Source: a virus. Taken from it: DNA of 64,000 nt. Location: positions 32,001 to 96,000 of IMG/VR virus record IMGVR_UViG_3300043570_004127, one strand, 5' to 3'. Shown one piece after another: positions 20,199-29,208 of this stretch. The translations under genes and the position numbers were made by a program. Below the pieces are notes generated by a model. That model had not been told where the DNA came from and did no database searches. It saw only the letters and a list, made by a program, of their open reading frames with translations. Numbering within the stretch: the stretch's first letter is position 1; each line of letters begins with the position of its first letter.

Positions 20199-21632
20199 AT
20201 GGTCATTTACGGCATAAACGCCTGTTCTCATGACGCATCAATTTCGGTTATCGAAAATGGCGAGATTCTTTTTGCTGCGCATTCCGAAAGGTATAGCAAA
20301 GTGAAGAACGACTGGCATCTAAACGATGAGATAATCGAGGCTGCTCTTGAATATGGCAAGCCAGATGTTATTGGGTACTACGAAAAACCGTGGCTGAAGA
20401 AAGCGCGAATAGGTCTTTTCGGAGGTTATGGGTCTTCGTATTCTGCCGTTAAAAGATGTTTCCCAGATTCAAAGATTGTCAACTTCAAACATCATTACTC
20501 TCACGCGTGCGCGGGCTACTACACAAGCAGTTTTAACGATGCGGTAATTATTGTTCTTGATGCTATTGGCGAATTCGAGACAACCAGTATTTGGACTGGT
20601 GACGGAGAAACCGTAAGACAGGTCTATTCTCATAATTACCCATTTAGTTTTGGACTTTTCTATTCTGCTTTTACCGAATATATCGGGCTAAAACCAAACG
20701 AAGAAGAGTACATAATGATGGGTATGGCCGCATATGGCGACCCAGAAATATACTTCTCTGAAATTGACGCTCTATTCCCTTCGATAAATAAACAAACAGA
20801 ACTTTTTCATTACGGAGTTGGCGGTTTTTCCGTAACACCCACAGAGCAGAATAAATTTCATATTGCGGCAGCTGTTCAATCTGTGTATGAAAAAAGACTT
20901 ATTGAATTCATGATTTTTGCCAAGCAGAAGACTGGAAAAGAAAACCTAGTATTCATGGGTGGATGTGCCCTTAATTGTTCCGCAAATACGAAGTTATTCA
21001 ATATCTACAATCAGGTATGGATAATGCCAAACCCAGGGGATGCAGGAAGTAGTCTCGGAGCTGCGGCAGCTGTGTACGGTCAACACCTTGATTGGGACGG
21101 CCCATATCTTGGGGAAAATATTGGAGGGAAATACCCAGTCGACTCGGTATTCGCCGAGCTTGTCGAGAAAAAGATTGCCGCAGTTGCAAACGGCAGGGCG
21201 GAATACGGCCCAAGGGCTTTAGGCAATAGAAGCATCCTTGCTGACCCAAGAGACCCTTTATGCAAGGACCTGGTAAACACAGTAAAGGAAAGGGAGATGT
21301 TCAGACCATTTGCCCCTGTTGTCATGGAAGAGCATGCTTCGGATTGGTTTGAAATTGACCGTCCAAGTCCATACATGCAGTATGCAGTTAGATGTAAGAA
21401 ACCAGAACTCATTCCATCGGTTGTTCATAAAGACGGAACATCTAGAGTTCAAACCGTCAACGTGAGACAAAACCCAGGCCTTTATGGGCTTTTGAAAAAG
21501 TGGAACGAATACTCAGGGGTGCCAATTCTCCTTAATACAAGCCTGAACATAAAGGGTCAGCCGTTATTGAACGACATGAAAGATGTCCAAAAATGGAATG
21601 CCTTACACAGTCTGGTCAAAATCTGCATATAG
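20199..21632 (+). CDS. carbamoyltransferase (NodU/CmcH/TobZ family)
   Basis: HDAS, ERYS, HHYSHA, GGCALN, GPRALGNRS, RPFAP, LNTS. Confidence 0.95.
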   Translation: MVIYGINACSHDASISVIENGEILFAAHSERYSKVKNDWHLNDEIIEAALEYGKPDVIGYYEKPWLKKARIGLFGGYGSSYSAVKRCFPDSKIVNFKHHYSHACAGYYTSSFNDAVIIVLDAIGEFETTSIWTGDGETVRQVYSHNYPFSFGLFYSAFTEYIGLKPNEEEYIMMGMAAYGDPEIYFSEIDALFPSINKQTELFHYGVGGFSVTPTEQNKFHIAAAVQSVYEKRLIEFMIFAKQKTGKENLVFMGGCALNCSANTKLFNIYNQVWIMPNPGDAGSSLGAAAAVYGQHLDWDGPYLGENIGGKYPVDSVFAELVEKKIAAVANGRAEYGPRALGNRSILADPRDPLCKDLVNTVKEREMFRPFAPVVMEEHASDWFEIDRPSPYMQYAVRCKKPELIPSVVHKDGTSRVQTVNVRQNPGLYGLLKKWNEYSGVPILLNTSLNIKGQPLLNDMKDVQKWNALHSLVKICI

Positions 21633-21641
21633 GATGTAGTT

Positions 21642-21722
21642 ATGAACATTAGAAAATTCCGCAAGTTTGTTCGCGTTTCGTGGCGAAGAGTCTTCGGTAA
21701 AAAGTCCCCGTATACCTATTAG
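21642..21722 (+). CDS. 26-aa basic peptide following the carbamoyltransferase
   Basis: MNIRKFRKFVRVSWRRVFGKKSPYTY with TAGGAT-N6-ATG start. Confidence 0.5.
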   Translation: MNIRKFRKFVRVSWRRVFGKKSPYTY

Positions 21723-21731
21723 GGAATATTC

Positions 21732-22700
21732 ATGAATTCTGAGAACGCCTTAAGTTCGAAACCTTGGGAGAGAGCCGGATTCAAGCATCTCTCATTTGAG
21801 GCATGTGCCTCGCCATATATTTCCTATGCAGTGAACATAGGAAGTGAGTATGCAGCGCCAGAACTGCTTAGTTACTCTTTTAACTCATACAACTTCCGGT
21901 CGGATGAATTCCACGAAGATACAAATATTTTAGCCCTCGGATGTTCCCATACTCTCGGAATTGGTGTCCCAGAACACCTTACATGGCCGTTTTTTGTTAA
22001 GGAGTTAACGGGTATTGATGATGTTGTAAATCTTGGAAAGACAGGAGCATCAATAGACGAGCAGGTGATGTATTTGACCACCTACATACGCACTTACGGT
22101 GCACCCAAAATGGTTCTATGCAACTTCCCTGAGATTCTCAGGTATAAACACGTAACAGAATCTGGAGAGATAGTTGAAGGTAGCGCATACAGTGGAATGA
22201 CGGACAACTCGTACACAAAAGAGCAAGCAGCAACCCAATCAATCTTGGCACTTGCCACACTTGAAGCAATCTGCATTGCAAGTGGTATCACTCTGCGTTG
22301 GCAAACCTGGTCTGGCCACGAGAGTGAAGGGTATATTGAGTACAAATTTTCAGAGAACTTTAAGTACTACGTACCAAATAAATTTACCGAGAGATATTTT
22401 TCGTTGCACGAACCATATGTGGACGCGGATACAAATGAAGTGCTGGGAAGAAACGCATTAGGAGAAATACCCGAAGAGTGCTGTAATGATTTAAAGAAAA
22501 GGTCTAACGGCTGTTTCAACTATGGCCACGACAGGTATTCGGTTCCAAAAAAGTATCAAAAAGAAAACCTAATAATCGAACAAAAACTACGAGATGAATT
22601 AAAGGAATCTTCTTTCTGTTTTCAGTACGGGAAGTCAATTGCTCACCTCGGTTCCCATGCTCATTGGCATTGGGCAAAAAACTTGGTCGACTCACTGTGA
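21732..22700 (+). CDS. SGNH/GDSL hydrolase-like protein
   Basis: LGCSHTLG block I, NLGKTGAS, C-terminal HLGSHAH. Confidence 0.7.
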   Translation: MNSENALSSKPWERAGFKHLSFEACASPYISYAVNIGSEYAAPELLSYSFNSYNFRSDEFHEDTNILALGCSHTLGIGVPEHLTWPFFVKELTGIDDVVNLGKTGASIDEQVMYLTTYIRTYGAPKMVLCNFPEILRYKHVTESGEIVEGSAYSGMTDNSYTKEQAATQSILALATLEAICIASGITLRWQTWSGHESEGYIEYKFSENFKYYVPNKFTERYFSLHEPYVDADTNEVLGRNALGEIPEECCNDLKKRSNGCFNYGHDRYSVPKKYQKENLIIEQKLRDELKESSFCFQYGKSIAHLGSHAHWHWAKNLVDSL

Positions 22701-22713
22701 GGAGTGGTAATTT

Positions 22714-23598
22714 ATGACATTGGATTTTGAATACGAAGAGATTCATGACTTTATCTTTGTGTATAAAAACTTGCTTCCTAATCACGAAGAAATATACCGT
22801 TCGCTCAGGGAAAGCAAAGAAAGAAACTCTGACGCAAACTTCTATAGACAATGGACGCCTTGGTATACATTCGGCTTAATGGCATTAGTTCAAGACAGTA
22901 ATGGTGACCCTGAAGTCTCCAACTTTGAAAGACAGTGTTATCAAGAAGCCACGACCGCAATCCATGAGGCAATGCGGCACTACCAGCGAGTTAATGGAAT
23001 ATCAGACCCGAACACCGGAGAGGAACTTCCAGTACTCACTATGCCCGGCCCGTGCATCTACAGAGAACATTCATCTGATGGAAATAGCGACGACCCAAAG
23101 GCGATGAGTTACCACGTTGATTTCATACCGGAAACAGTGAATTTTCCCGGAGAAAAGTTCATGATTACATCATGCACTTATCCAAACGATGATTACGAGG
23201 GTGGCGAAATTGAGTTTTGGGCTGATGGGAAAGCAATAAAGTACAAACCGAATGCTGGAGAGATACTGGTATTCCCTTCCGGTAATCCGTTGTTTCCTGG
23301 CAATGGTCGTCCGTATTTTCACTCAGTTTGCCCAACTGGTGCTGGAGAAAAATGGTTGTTCCGAGCCTTCGGCAAGTATGTAGACCCACAAACTCCAGAA
23401 TGGGCGGCTGGTGTTGAGCAATACGGAGAAGAAGAGTGGAAGGCAAAGATGTCTGGTACTGATTTAGATAAAAAAGATGTTTACTCAAAGGCTGGACCGG
23501 CATTGATGATGTTCGAGCAAGGGGTACCGACCATTTCAAAAGAACTAGTCGCCGCGTATGGTGGGGTGCTCGCTAGTGAATACGGAGTTAGGGAATAG
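22714..23598 (+). CDS. 2OG-Fe(II) oxygenase (prolyl-4-hydroxylase-like)
   Basis: HVD, YPNDDYEGGE, FPS, H..V...K. Confidence 0.85.
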   Translation: MTLDFEYEEIHDFIFVYKNLLPNHEEIYRSLRESKERNSDANFYRQWTPWYTFGLMALVQDSNGDPEVSNFERQCYQEATTAIHEAMRHYQRVNGISDPNTGEELPVLTMPGPCIYREHSSDGNSDDPKAMSYHVDFIPETVNFPGEKFMITSCTYPNDDYEGGEIEFWADGKAIKYKPNAGEILVFPSGNPLFPGNGRPYFHSVCPTGAGEKWLFRAFGKYVDPQTPEWAAGVEQYGEEEWKAKMSGTDLDKKDVYSKAGPALMMFEQGVPTISKELVAAYGGVLASEYGVRE

Positions 23599-23600
23599 CA

Positions 23601-24179
23601 ATGGATAAATACATGGGAGTAAGTGGACAGGAAAAATTTGCTCTAGAAATGAGTGGATATAAGACCGATGGGTTTTATGTCGAGCTCGGTGCGTACCACT
23701 CTAAAAATGGAAGCAATACATACCACCTAGAAACAGATTACGGTTGGTCTGGTGTCTCCTTTGAGATTGTCGATGAAAAACGAGACGAATTCGAATCGAA
23801 CAGAAAAAATCCATGCTTTGGAGATGCTCTGGAATTCGACTATTTGTCCTACTTCAAGGAAAATAACTTCCCTAAACAGATTGATTACCTGCAGGTTGAT
23901 ATTGATGCCGGCTACGACGAGAATATAAAACCACTAACCCCATTTACAACTCTTCTTGGGCTAATTACCCTCCCGTTGACCCAATATCGATTCAATGTAA
24001 TCGTGTTTGAACATGATGTGAATATGTACTGGAGAATGAAATCATCCAGGGATGCACAAAGAGAGATACTTGATGGCCTCGGCTATACCTTGATTTGGAA
24101 GGAAGAGCACGAAGACTGGTGGGTTGACTGCAACGCAATCGACCATCAGGTTGCAAGACAGTATTTCTACGAAAACTAA
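23601..24179 (+). CDS. FkbM-like methyltransferase
   Basis: FYVELGA...GSNT...WSG, IDYLQVDID, FEHD. Confidence 0.75.
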   Translation: MDKYMGVSGQEKFALEMSGYKTDGFYVELGAYHSKNGSNTYHLETDYGWSGVSFEIVDEKRDEFESNRKNPCFGDALEFDYLSYFKENNFPKQIDYLQVDIDAGYDENIKPLTPFTTLLGLITLPLTQYRFNVIVFEHDVNMYWRMKSSRDAQREILDGLGYTLIWKEEHEDWWVDCNAIDHQVARQYFYEN

Positions 24180-24183
24180 GCCG

Positions 24184-24816
24184 ATGTTTGAAACCATTAT
24201 CTGTACGGAATTCATAGACACCGGAACCCTCGCCAAACTTAGGGAATACTGCGACAAGTCTGAGTTCTATATAAATGAATCGTACGGCGGTATCCAAGAT
24301 ATTGGGGCATCGGAAACAAACGGAATAACCGACAAACAGATTGAAGAATTGGGTCTTACTGCGGTTCCTGGTGAGGTGTTGCGCTCTCACCGTTTTACGG
24401 ACATGTCCGATGAGATAAAAACAATCTCCGTCGAAATCAATCAGATGTGCGAAGGGTTTATCCACGACAAATACAGCAAAAAGATGGCGTATATGCAGGG
24501 CGGGGATTTTGTGAGGTACGGGATTGGACAGTCTCTCCCATACCATCAGGATTGGACCGTTTCCGAATGGGTGATAAAGCACAACTTGCCGGTAGTTCAT
24601 CTGTCGTCTGTCTTTTACATGAATGACGACTATTCCGGCGGGGAGTTGCTTTTTTCTTCAAAAAAACTTAATAACTATGAACACGACATTATGTCCATTA
24701 AGCCAAAAGCCGGCACAGTGATATTTTTTGATGCTCTCCAGTGGCATGCATCATCCCCATTGATTGGTGGACTCAAGTACGCGAGCACCAATTTCTACAC
24801 CTTAGAAGACGTGTAG
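24184..24816 (+). CDS. 2OG-Fe(II) oxygenase
   Basis: HQD, YMNDDYSGGEL, WH...KY. Confidence 0.85.
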   Translation: MFETIICTEFIDTGTLAKLREYCDKSEFYINESYGGIQDIGASETNGITDKQIEELGLTAVPGEVLRSHRFTDMSDEIKTISVEINQMCEGFIHDKYSKKMAYMQGGDFVRYGIGQSLPYHQDWTVSEWVIKHNLPVVHLSSVFYMNDDYSGGELLFSSKKLNNYEHDIMSIKPKAGTVIFFDALQWHASSPLIGGLKYASTNFYTLEDV

Positions 24817-24838
24817 TTACTGTTATTATTGTTGGACT

Positions 24839-25948
24839 ATGACGGTCACGCGCGAAACATACAAAGAGTTTATTGGCCGGGTTAACTACGGCGATATTGA
24901 GCCAATTATTAGTGCCCCTGATATTGACTTTGAGGCCGTCGACCACGTCGTAAAGAATGACAGTGACGTGATATTTACCTGGGATTACACCCTTGCTCGC
25001 CCACAACTTCGCAAGCTTTACGAGAAAGCAAAGAACAATCAATGGAATGGTGAAACAGCCCTTAATTGGTCTACTGAGGTTGATGTCGAGCGTTCTGTTA
25101 TGGAGGATTACGCCAACTTTGGTTCAACTCGGGAGATGTCGGTGTACGAAGGCAGCCCTATCGAGTATTGGGGGGACAAAGAATGGCTTGAGTTTGGTGT
25201 TAATAGTCGACGTTGGCTTATCTCTCAGTTCATTCATGGGGAGCAGGCTGCGCTGATGTGTTCGGCGAAACTTACCCAGACATGTCCTTGGTACGACGGG
25301 AAACTTTATGCCTCAACGCAGGTTGTAGATGAAGCCCGACATGTTGAGGTTTTTGCGAAATATGCCAATGAGAAGCTTGGTGGAACATTGCCGTTTAACT
25401 GGCATATTCAAAGCTTGGTTGACGACACAATTGAAGAGAACCGCTGGGACATGACCTATCTCGGTATGCAGATAATGGTTGAAGGTCTTGGTCTTGCTTC
25501 GATGGCGTATATGCGCGAACTAACAAGTGAGCCGTTGTTGAAGCAATTACTTCGCAATGTCATGACCGATGAGGCACGCCACATATCCTTCGGGATAATT
25601 TCTCTCAAAGAAATTTATGCGGAAATGAGCGATACTGAAATTATGGAGCGTCAGCAATTCGCGTACGAGGCAAGCATCAAACTTGGCGAGCGGATGCTTC
25701 AGCAAGAGGTCTACGAAAAGATGGGTGTAAAAACTAAAGACATTGCGCCATATCTGATGAGAGACCCAGCCCAGGCTTGGATACGCAAAATGTTGGCAGC
25801 TAAAATAGTCCCAAATCTTAGCAAGCTAGGTTTACTCGACAGGAATGGCGGATGGATGCGTCGCAAATTCGAGGAAATGGGAACAATCGAGTTTGAAAAT
25901 CTTGGCGAATCAGACGAGGAATTTGCAGAATTCATTCATAGTTACTAA
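24839..25948 (+). CDS. ferritin-like diiron oxygenase (AurF-like)
   Basis: HGEQ, two DEARH motifs, MVEG. Confidence 0.85.
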   Translation: MTVTRETYKEFIGRVNYGDIEPIISAPDIDFEAVDHVVKNDSDVIFTWDYTLARPQLRKLYEKAKNNQWNGETALNWSTEVDVERSVMEDYANFGSTREMSVYEGSPIEYWGDKEWLEFGVNSRRWLISQFIHGEQAALMCSAKLTQTCPWYDGKLYASTQVVDEARHVEVFAKYANEKLGGTLPFNWHIQSLVDDTIEENRWDMTYLGMQIMVEGLGLASMAYMRELTSEPLLKQLLRNVMTDEARHISFGIISLKEIYAEMSDTEIMERQQFAYEASIKLGERMLQQEVYEKMGVKTKDIAPYLMRDPAQAWIRKMLAAKIVPNLSKLGLLDRNGGWMRRKFEEMGTIEFENLGESDEEFAEFIHSY

Positions 25949-25954
25949 ACAATA

Positions 25955-26602
25955 ATGAAAACTCCAGATGACTACTCCATAAATACGGCTTACTCGTATT
26001 CGGACAGCAGTGAACTTGCAGATTATTATGATGACTCAGCCAATGGCTACGATGAGTACGCGGACTCCGTGGGGTACGTACTCCCACGCCTGGTAGCACA
26101 GAAGGCTTCCCAGTTCATAAATGGTGATGAAACGATAATCGACATTGGCTGTGGAACCGGGATACTAGGTGTAGAACTCAACTTGATAAGAGACGGATTG
26201 CGGATTGACGGTTTAGACATATCGCCCAAAATGATTGTTCAGGCATACGGGAAAAAGAAGCTTGATGGTAAGCGGAACTATGAAATGTTCCATTATTTAG
26301 ATTTAACATCAGAAGACATTTTCCCCGAAAATGAATACAACTTTATGGTGAGTTCTGGAACATTCACAACAGGTCACCTGGATGGGGTGCATCTGTCGAA
26401 AATGATTACTGCAATGAAGAGTGGTTCTATCGCTGTGTTTAGTGTTAAAAGCGACCACTTTGATATATCAGGGTTTATGGATAAATTGATTAATCTCGAA
26501 AATAACGGGTTGATTGAAATGCTGGAAATCGTGGAAGTCGATTCGTACGAAAACCACAATTACACGGCAATGTCCAAGATTGTGTCCATAAAAATAGCCT
26601 AA
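25955..26602 (+). CDS. class I SAM-dependent methyltransferase
   Basis: IDIGCGTG, GLDISPKM, GTFTTGH. Confidence 0.9.
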   Translation: MKTPDDYSINTAYSYSDSSELADYYDDSANGYDEYADSVGYVLPRLVAQKASQFINGDETIIDIGCGTGILGVELNLIRDGLRIDGLDISPKMIVQAYGKKKLDGKRNYEMFHYLDLTSEDIFPENEYNFMVSSGTFTTGHLDGVHLSKMITAMKSGSIAVFSVKSDHFDISGFMDKLINLENNGLIEMLEIVEVDSYENHNYTAMSKIVSIKIA

Positions 26603-26703
26603 ATAGCAGATTTAAAAGCCGGTAAAAACGTTGGTTTTTTCTCAAAAATAGGTATGATTTGATTCATGGTTAGATTTACCCGAATACGCAGGGCGTAATG
26701 AAC

Positions 26704-26778
26704 GCCCCTGTATCGGCTCACTCTTATAAGGTGTTGAAACCGTAATGGTCCACGTTGGTTCAATTCCAACCAGGGGCA
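26704..26778 (+). tRNA. non-canonical tRNA-Ile(UAU)-like RNA lacking a D-arm
   Basis: perfect GCCCCTG/CAGGGGC acceptor + A73, GTTGG-TTCAATT-CCAAC T-arm, CACT-CTTATAA-GGTG anticodon arm. Confidence 0.7.
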
Positions 26779-26859
26779 CGGTAGTGATTTTGGCGATGGG
26801 ACGATAGAGTCAAGTCGTTACCCACATACGCATAAATAAGTCTATCTACGGAGGTAAGT

Positions 26860-27207
26860 ATGGAACAAGGAAAAGAAGAATTGACTTTTGAGGAATGGGC
26901 TCGCATCGGTATCGATAACGGCTATTCATCTGGTGGTCCTGGTCGCGCAGAGATTGACGAACAATTAAAAGCGATGGAAGAAAATGCATTGCTTATGGAT
27001 GGATTCGATGAAGCCGTTATTGGTTTTTCAAGGCGTATTAACGAACCACTACTTGTTGTCTACTCGTGGCAGAAGATGATGGACACCCTCATCACTCGTG
27101 ATGGCATGGAATACGAAGAAGCGGAAGAGTACATCGAGTACAACTGCATTGGTGCTTGGGTTGGAGAACGAACCCCAATTATTGTTGTACCGTTTTCCGG
27201 TATTTAA
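26860..27207 (+). CDS. conserved hypothetical phage protein
   Basis: DGFDEAVIG...EEAEEYIEYN..GAWVGERTP; GGAGG RBS. Confidence 0.75.
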   Translation: MEQGKEELTFEEWARIGIDNGYSSGGPGRAEIDEQLKAMEENALLMDGFDEAVIGFSRRINEPLLVVYSWQKMMDTLITRDGMEYEEAEEYIEYNCIGAWVGERTPIIVVPFSGI

Positions 27208-27428
27208 ATATCAAGCGCTTTGTTGTTGATTATGTCTGCTATTGATGGAGCACCGATTCTTTTCACTACAACATCACCGAGTCTCTGAGCCTTTAGGAGA
27301 CGAGTAAGTTCTGCAATCTCTGCTCTTAGTTTTTGTATTTCTTCATGGGTGGACATGAAGTGTGATTCCATTTTCTTTGTTATCTCATCAATGGAGTTGG
27401 ACGTGTCATCTTGGTCGTATTGTGCCAT
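27204..27428 (-). CDS. hypothetical coiled-coil protein
   Basis: TAAGAT-N6-ATG start. Confidence 0.55.
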   Translation of the reverse strand: MAQYDQDDTSNSIDEITKKMESHFMSTHEEIQKLRAEIAELTRLLKAQRLGDVVVKRIGAPSIADIINNKALDI

Positions 27429-27453
27429 GAGTAAATCTTATCCCATATAAAGC

Positions 27454-27494
27454 AAAAACCCCACGCCCCCATTACTGGGAACGTGGGGTTTTTT
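27454..27494 (-). terminator. intrinsic terminator after the major capsid gene
   Basis: AAAAACCCCACG...CGTGGGGTTTTT inverted repeat. Confidence 0.85.
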
Positions 27495-27506
27495 ACTTAG
27501 CTTGAA

Positions 27507-28868
27507 TTAAGCAGCTGGCTCGTTGTCGAAGTCAATCGTTACGAATGCTTCTGGACGCTTCACTGCAAGTGCAAGGCGCTGTTCTGCAAGAACAACGATT
27601 GCGTTGCGGACGAAGAAGTCTGAGTGCTGTTCGCTGATTCGAATCGAAGCTTGCTCACGGTCGTACAACTGTGCACCAGTACCGAAGGCACCGATTAGAG
27701 CTGTGCCGATTGGCATTGCTGGGGTATCTACTACCGGCATTCTCCAAACACGTGGCTCGCCACCTACTGCAACCGAAACTGCAATGAGGTACTGACCATT
27801 TGCGTCCTTGGTCAATTCGATGTCTTCCCAGTCTTGTGGGTGCAACACGACGCCAGTTGGCTCATAGTAAGCCAAGAATGCGAGGGTTGCTGCACGACGA
27901 ATTGAGTCTGCCTTGGTGTCAGGAACTGGTGTTGCTGCTCCCGATGACCATGCATAGCTCTGGATACCTGGTGTGTTCAAGACGCCCAAGAGGTTCTCGC
28001 CGGCACCGTCGCCATTGAGGATTTGGTTGTCTTCCAACAAACGAAGACCGTACATCAGTTCGTTGTCGATGATTGAGCGTAGTTGTGGCTCATCAGCAAG
28101 AACGTTTCTGTGTGCAGCTTCCCAGTGTGCCAACGTACGAACTGGAGCCTGCTCACCAACGAATGCGAAGGATGATTGTGGCTTCAAACCGAAGTTGGAA
28201 TTGTTGCCGAGACGCTCTGCAACTGTTGATGCACTGTTGGTGCCACCGCCGGCTACCGAAGTAAAGCCTAGTTGACGGAAGTACTCAATTACTGCAGCAG
28301 TTGTTGTGCGACTTGGGAACAAGTCACGAACACGCTTGGTGCGCATTGGTGGGGTCACCATTGGGTCACGCTGGATGCTACCGAATTGAGCATCTGCACC
28401 GCGGCCTAGTGTGCCAGTTGGTGATGCAGTGTAAATATCCTTAACCTGGATACCTGTCAACGAAGCCTTAACCTGCCATGGAGCTGGCATGTTTGCGCCG
28501 TTGCGACCACCCTGAAGTGCCTTGAATTCATTTGATTCGACAAACATCTGACCAATGGACTTGTAGCCCATGTCGTGTGCTTTTTCGGTGAGGTCACGCT
28601 CTGCTGCTGCGTAGGCGACAGCAACTGAATTGCCATCTTCCTTTTCGCCCCAGCTTGCGACGCTATTCATCTGCTCAAGACCCTCAATGAGGCTCTTGAT
28701 TTCACGAATGTCAGACATGTTCTTGTCGAACGCTGTCTTTTGGTCCGCGGATACAACGACAGTGCCGTCTTCTACCTTGAACGAGTCTGCGATGGTCTTG
28801 TTTTCAGCCATCTTGGTACGGAGTGCGCCTTGAAGTTCGCGTACTCTTGATTCATCATGCGATGCCAT
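27507..28868 (-). CDS. major capsid protein, HK97 fold
   Basis: coiled-coil delta domain, EDNQILNGDG, DANGQY, F.RN....AE.R.......PEAF; AAGGAG RBS; followed by a terminator. Confidence 0.93.
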   Translation of the reverse strand: MASHDESRVRELQGALRTKMAENKTIADSFKVEDGTVVVSADQKTAFDKNMSDIREIKSLIEGLEQMNSVASWGEKEDGNSVAVAYAAAERDLTEKAHDMGYKSIGQMFVESNEFKALQGGRNGANMPAPWQVKASLTGIQVKDIYTASPTGTLGRGADAQFGSIQRDPMVTPPMRTKRVRDLFPSRTTTAAVIEYFRQLGFTSVAGGGTNSASTVAERLGNNSNFGLKPQSSFAFVGEQAPVRTLAHWEAAHRNVLADEPQLRSIIDNELMYGLRLLEDNQILNGDGAGENLLGVLNTPGIQSYAWSSGAATPVPDTKADSIRRAATLAFLAYYEPTGVVLHPQDWEDIELTKDANGQYLIAVSVAVGGEPRVWRMPVVDTPAMPIGTALIGAFGTGAQLYDREQASIRISEQHSDFFVRNAIVVLAEQRLALAVKRPEAFVTIDFDNEPAA

Positions 28869-29013
28869 TTGATACTCTCCTTAAAGAGTTATTATTGTTG
28901 AGTTGATTTGACCAACACTGTGACTCAGGTGAGCACCCAGTCGTTATGTCTTGATACTAAATGTACCAAACCTTTATGATGTCTAGCGGAAGTATTGCTT
29001 TAAATCGAATAAA

Positions 29014-29208
29014 TTATGAAGGAAAGACTAAACCTTCACCATTTTCTAAAATCTGCTTGACTTCTGCTTTGATGATACCAAAGTCGTGAATATTTTCTTC
29101 TGTTTCGTTGACGCCTACTTCTTTTAATGAAAATCCGCGCATTGCAGCAATGTACATTGCTTCAACATCTCCTATTTGTTCCGCTTTTAAAACAACTTCA
29201 TCGTTCAT
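29014..29208 (-). CDS. small acidic protein coupled to the giant ORF
   Basis: 64 aa; start overlaps the 3' end of the 3687-aa ORF. Confidence 0.55.
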   Translation of the reverse strand: MNDEVVLKAEQIGDVEAMYIAAMRGFSLKEVGVNETEENIHDFGIIKAEVKQILENGEGLVFPS

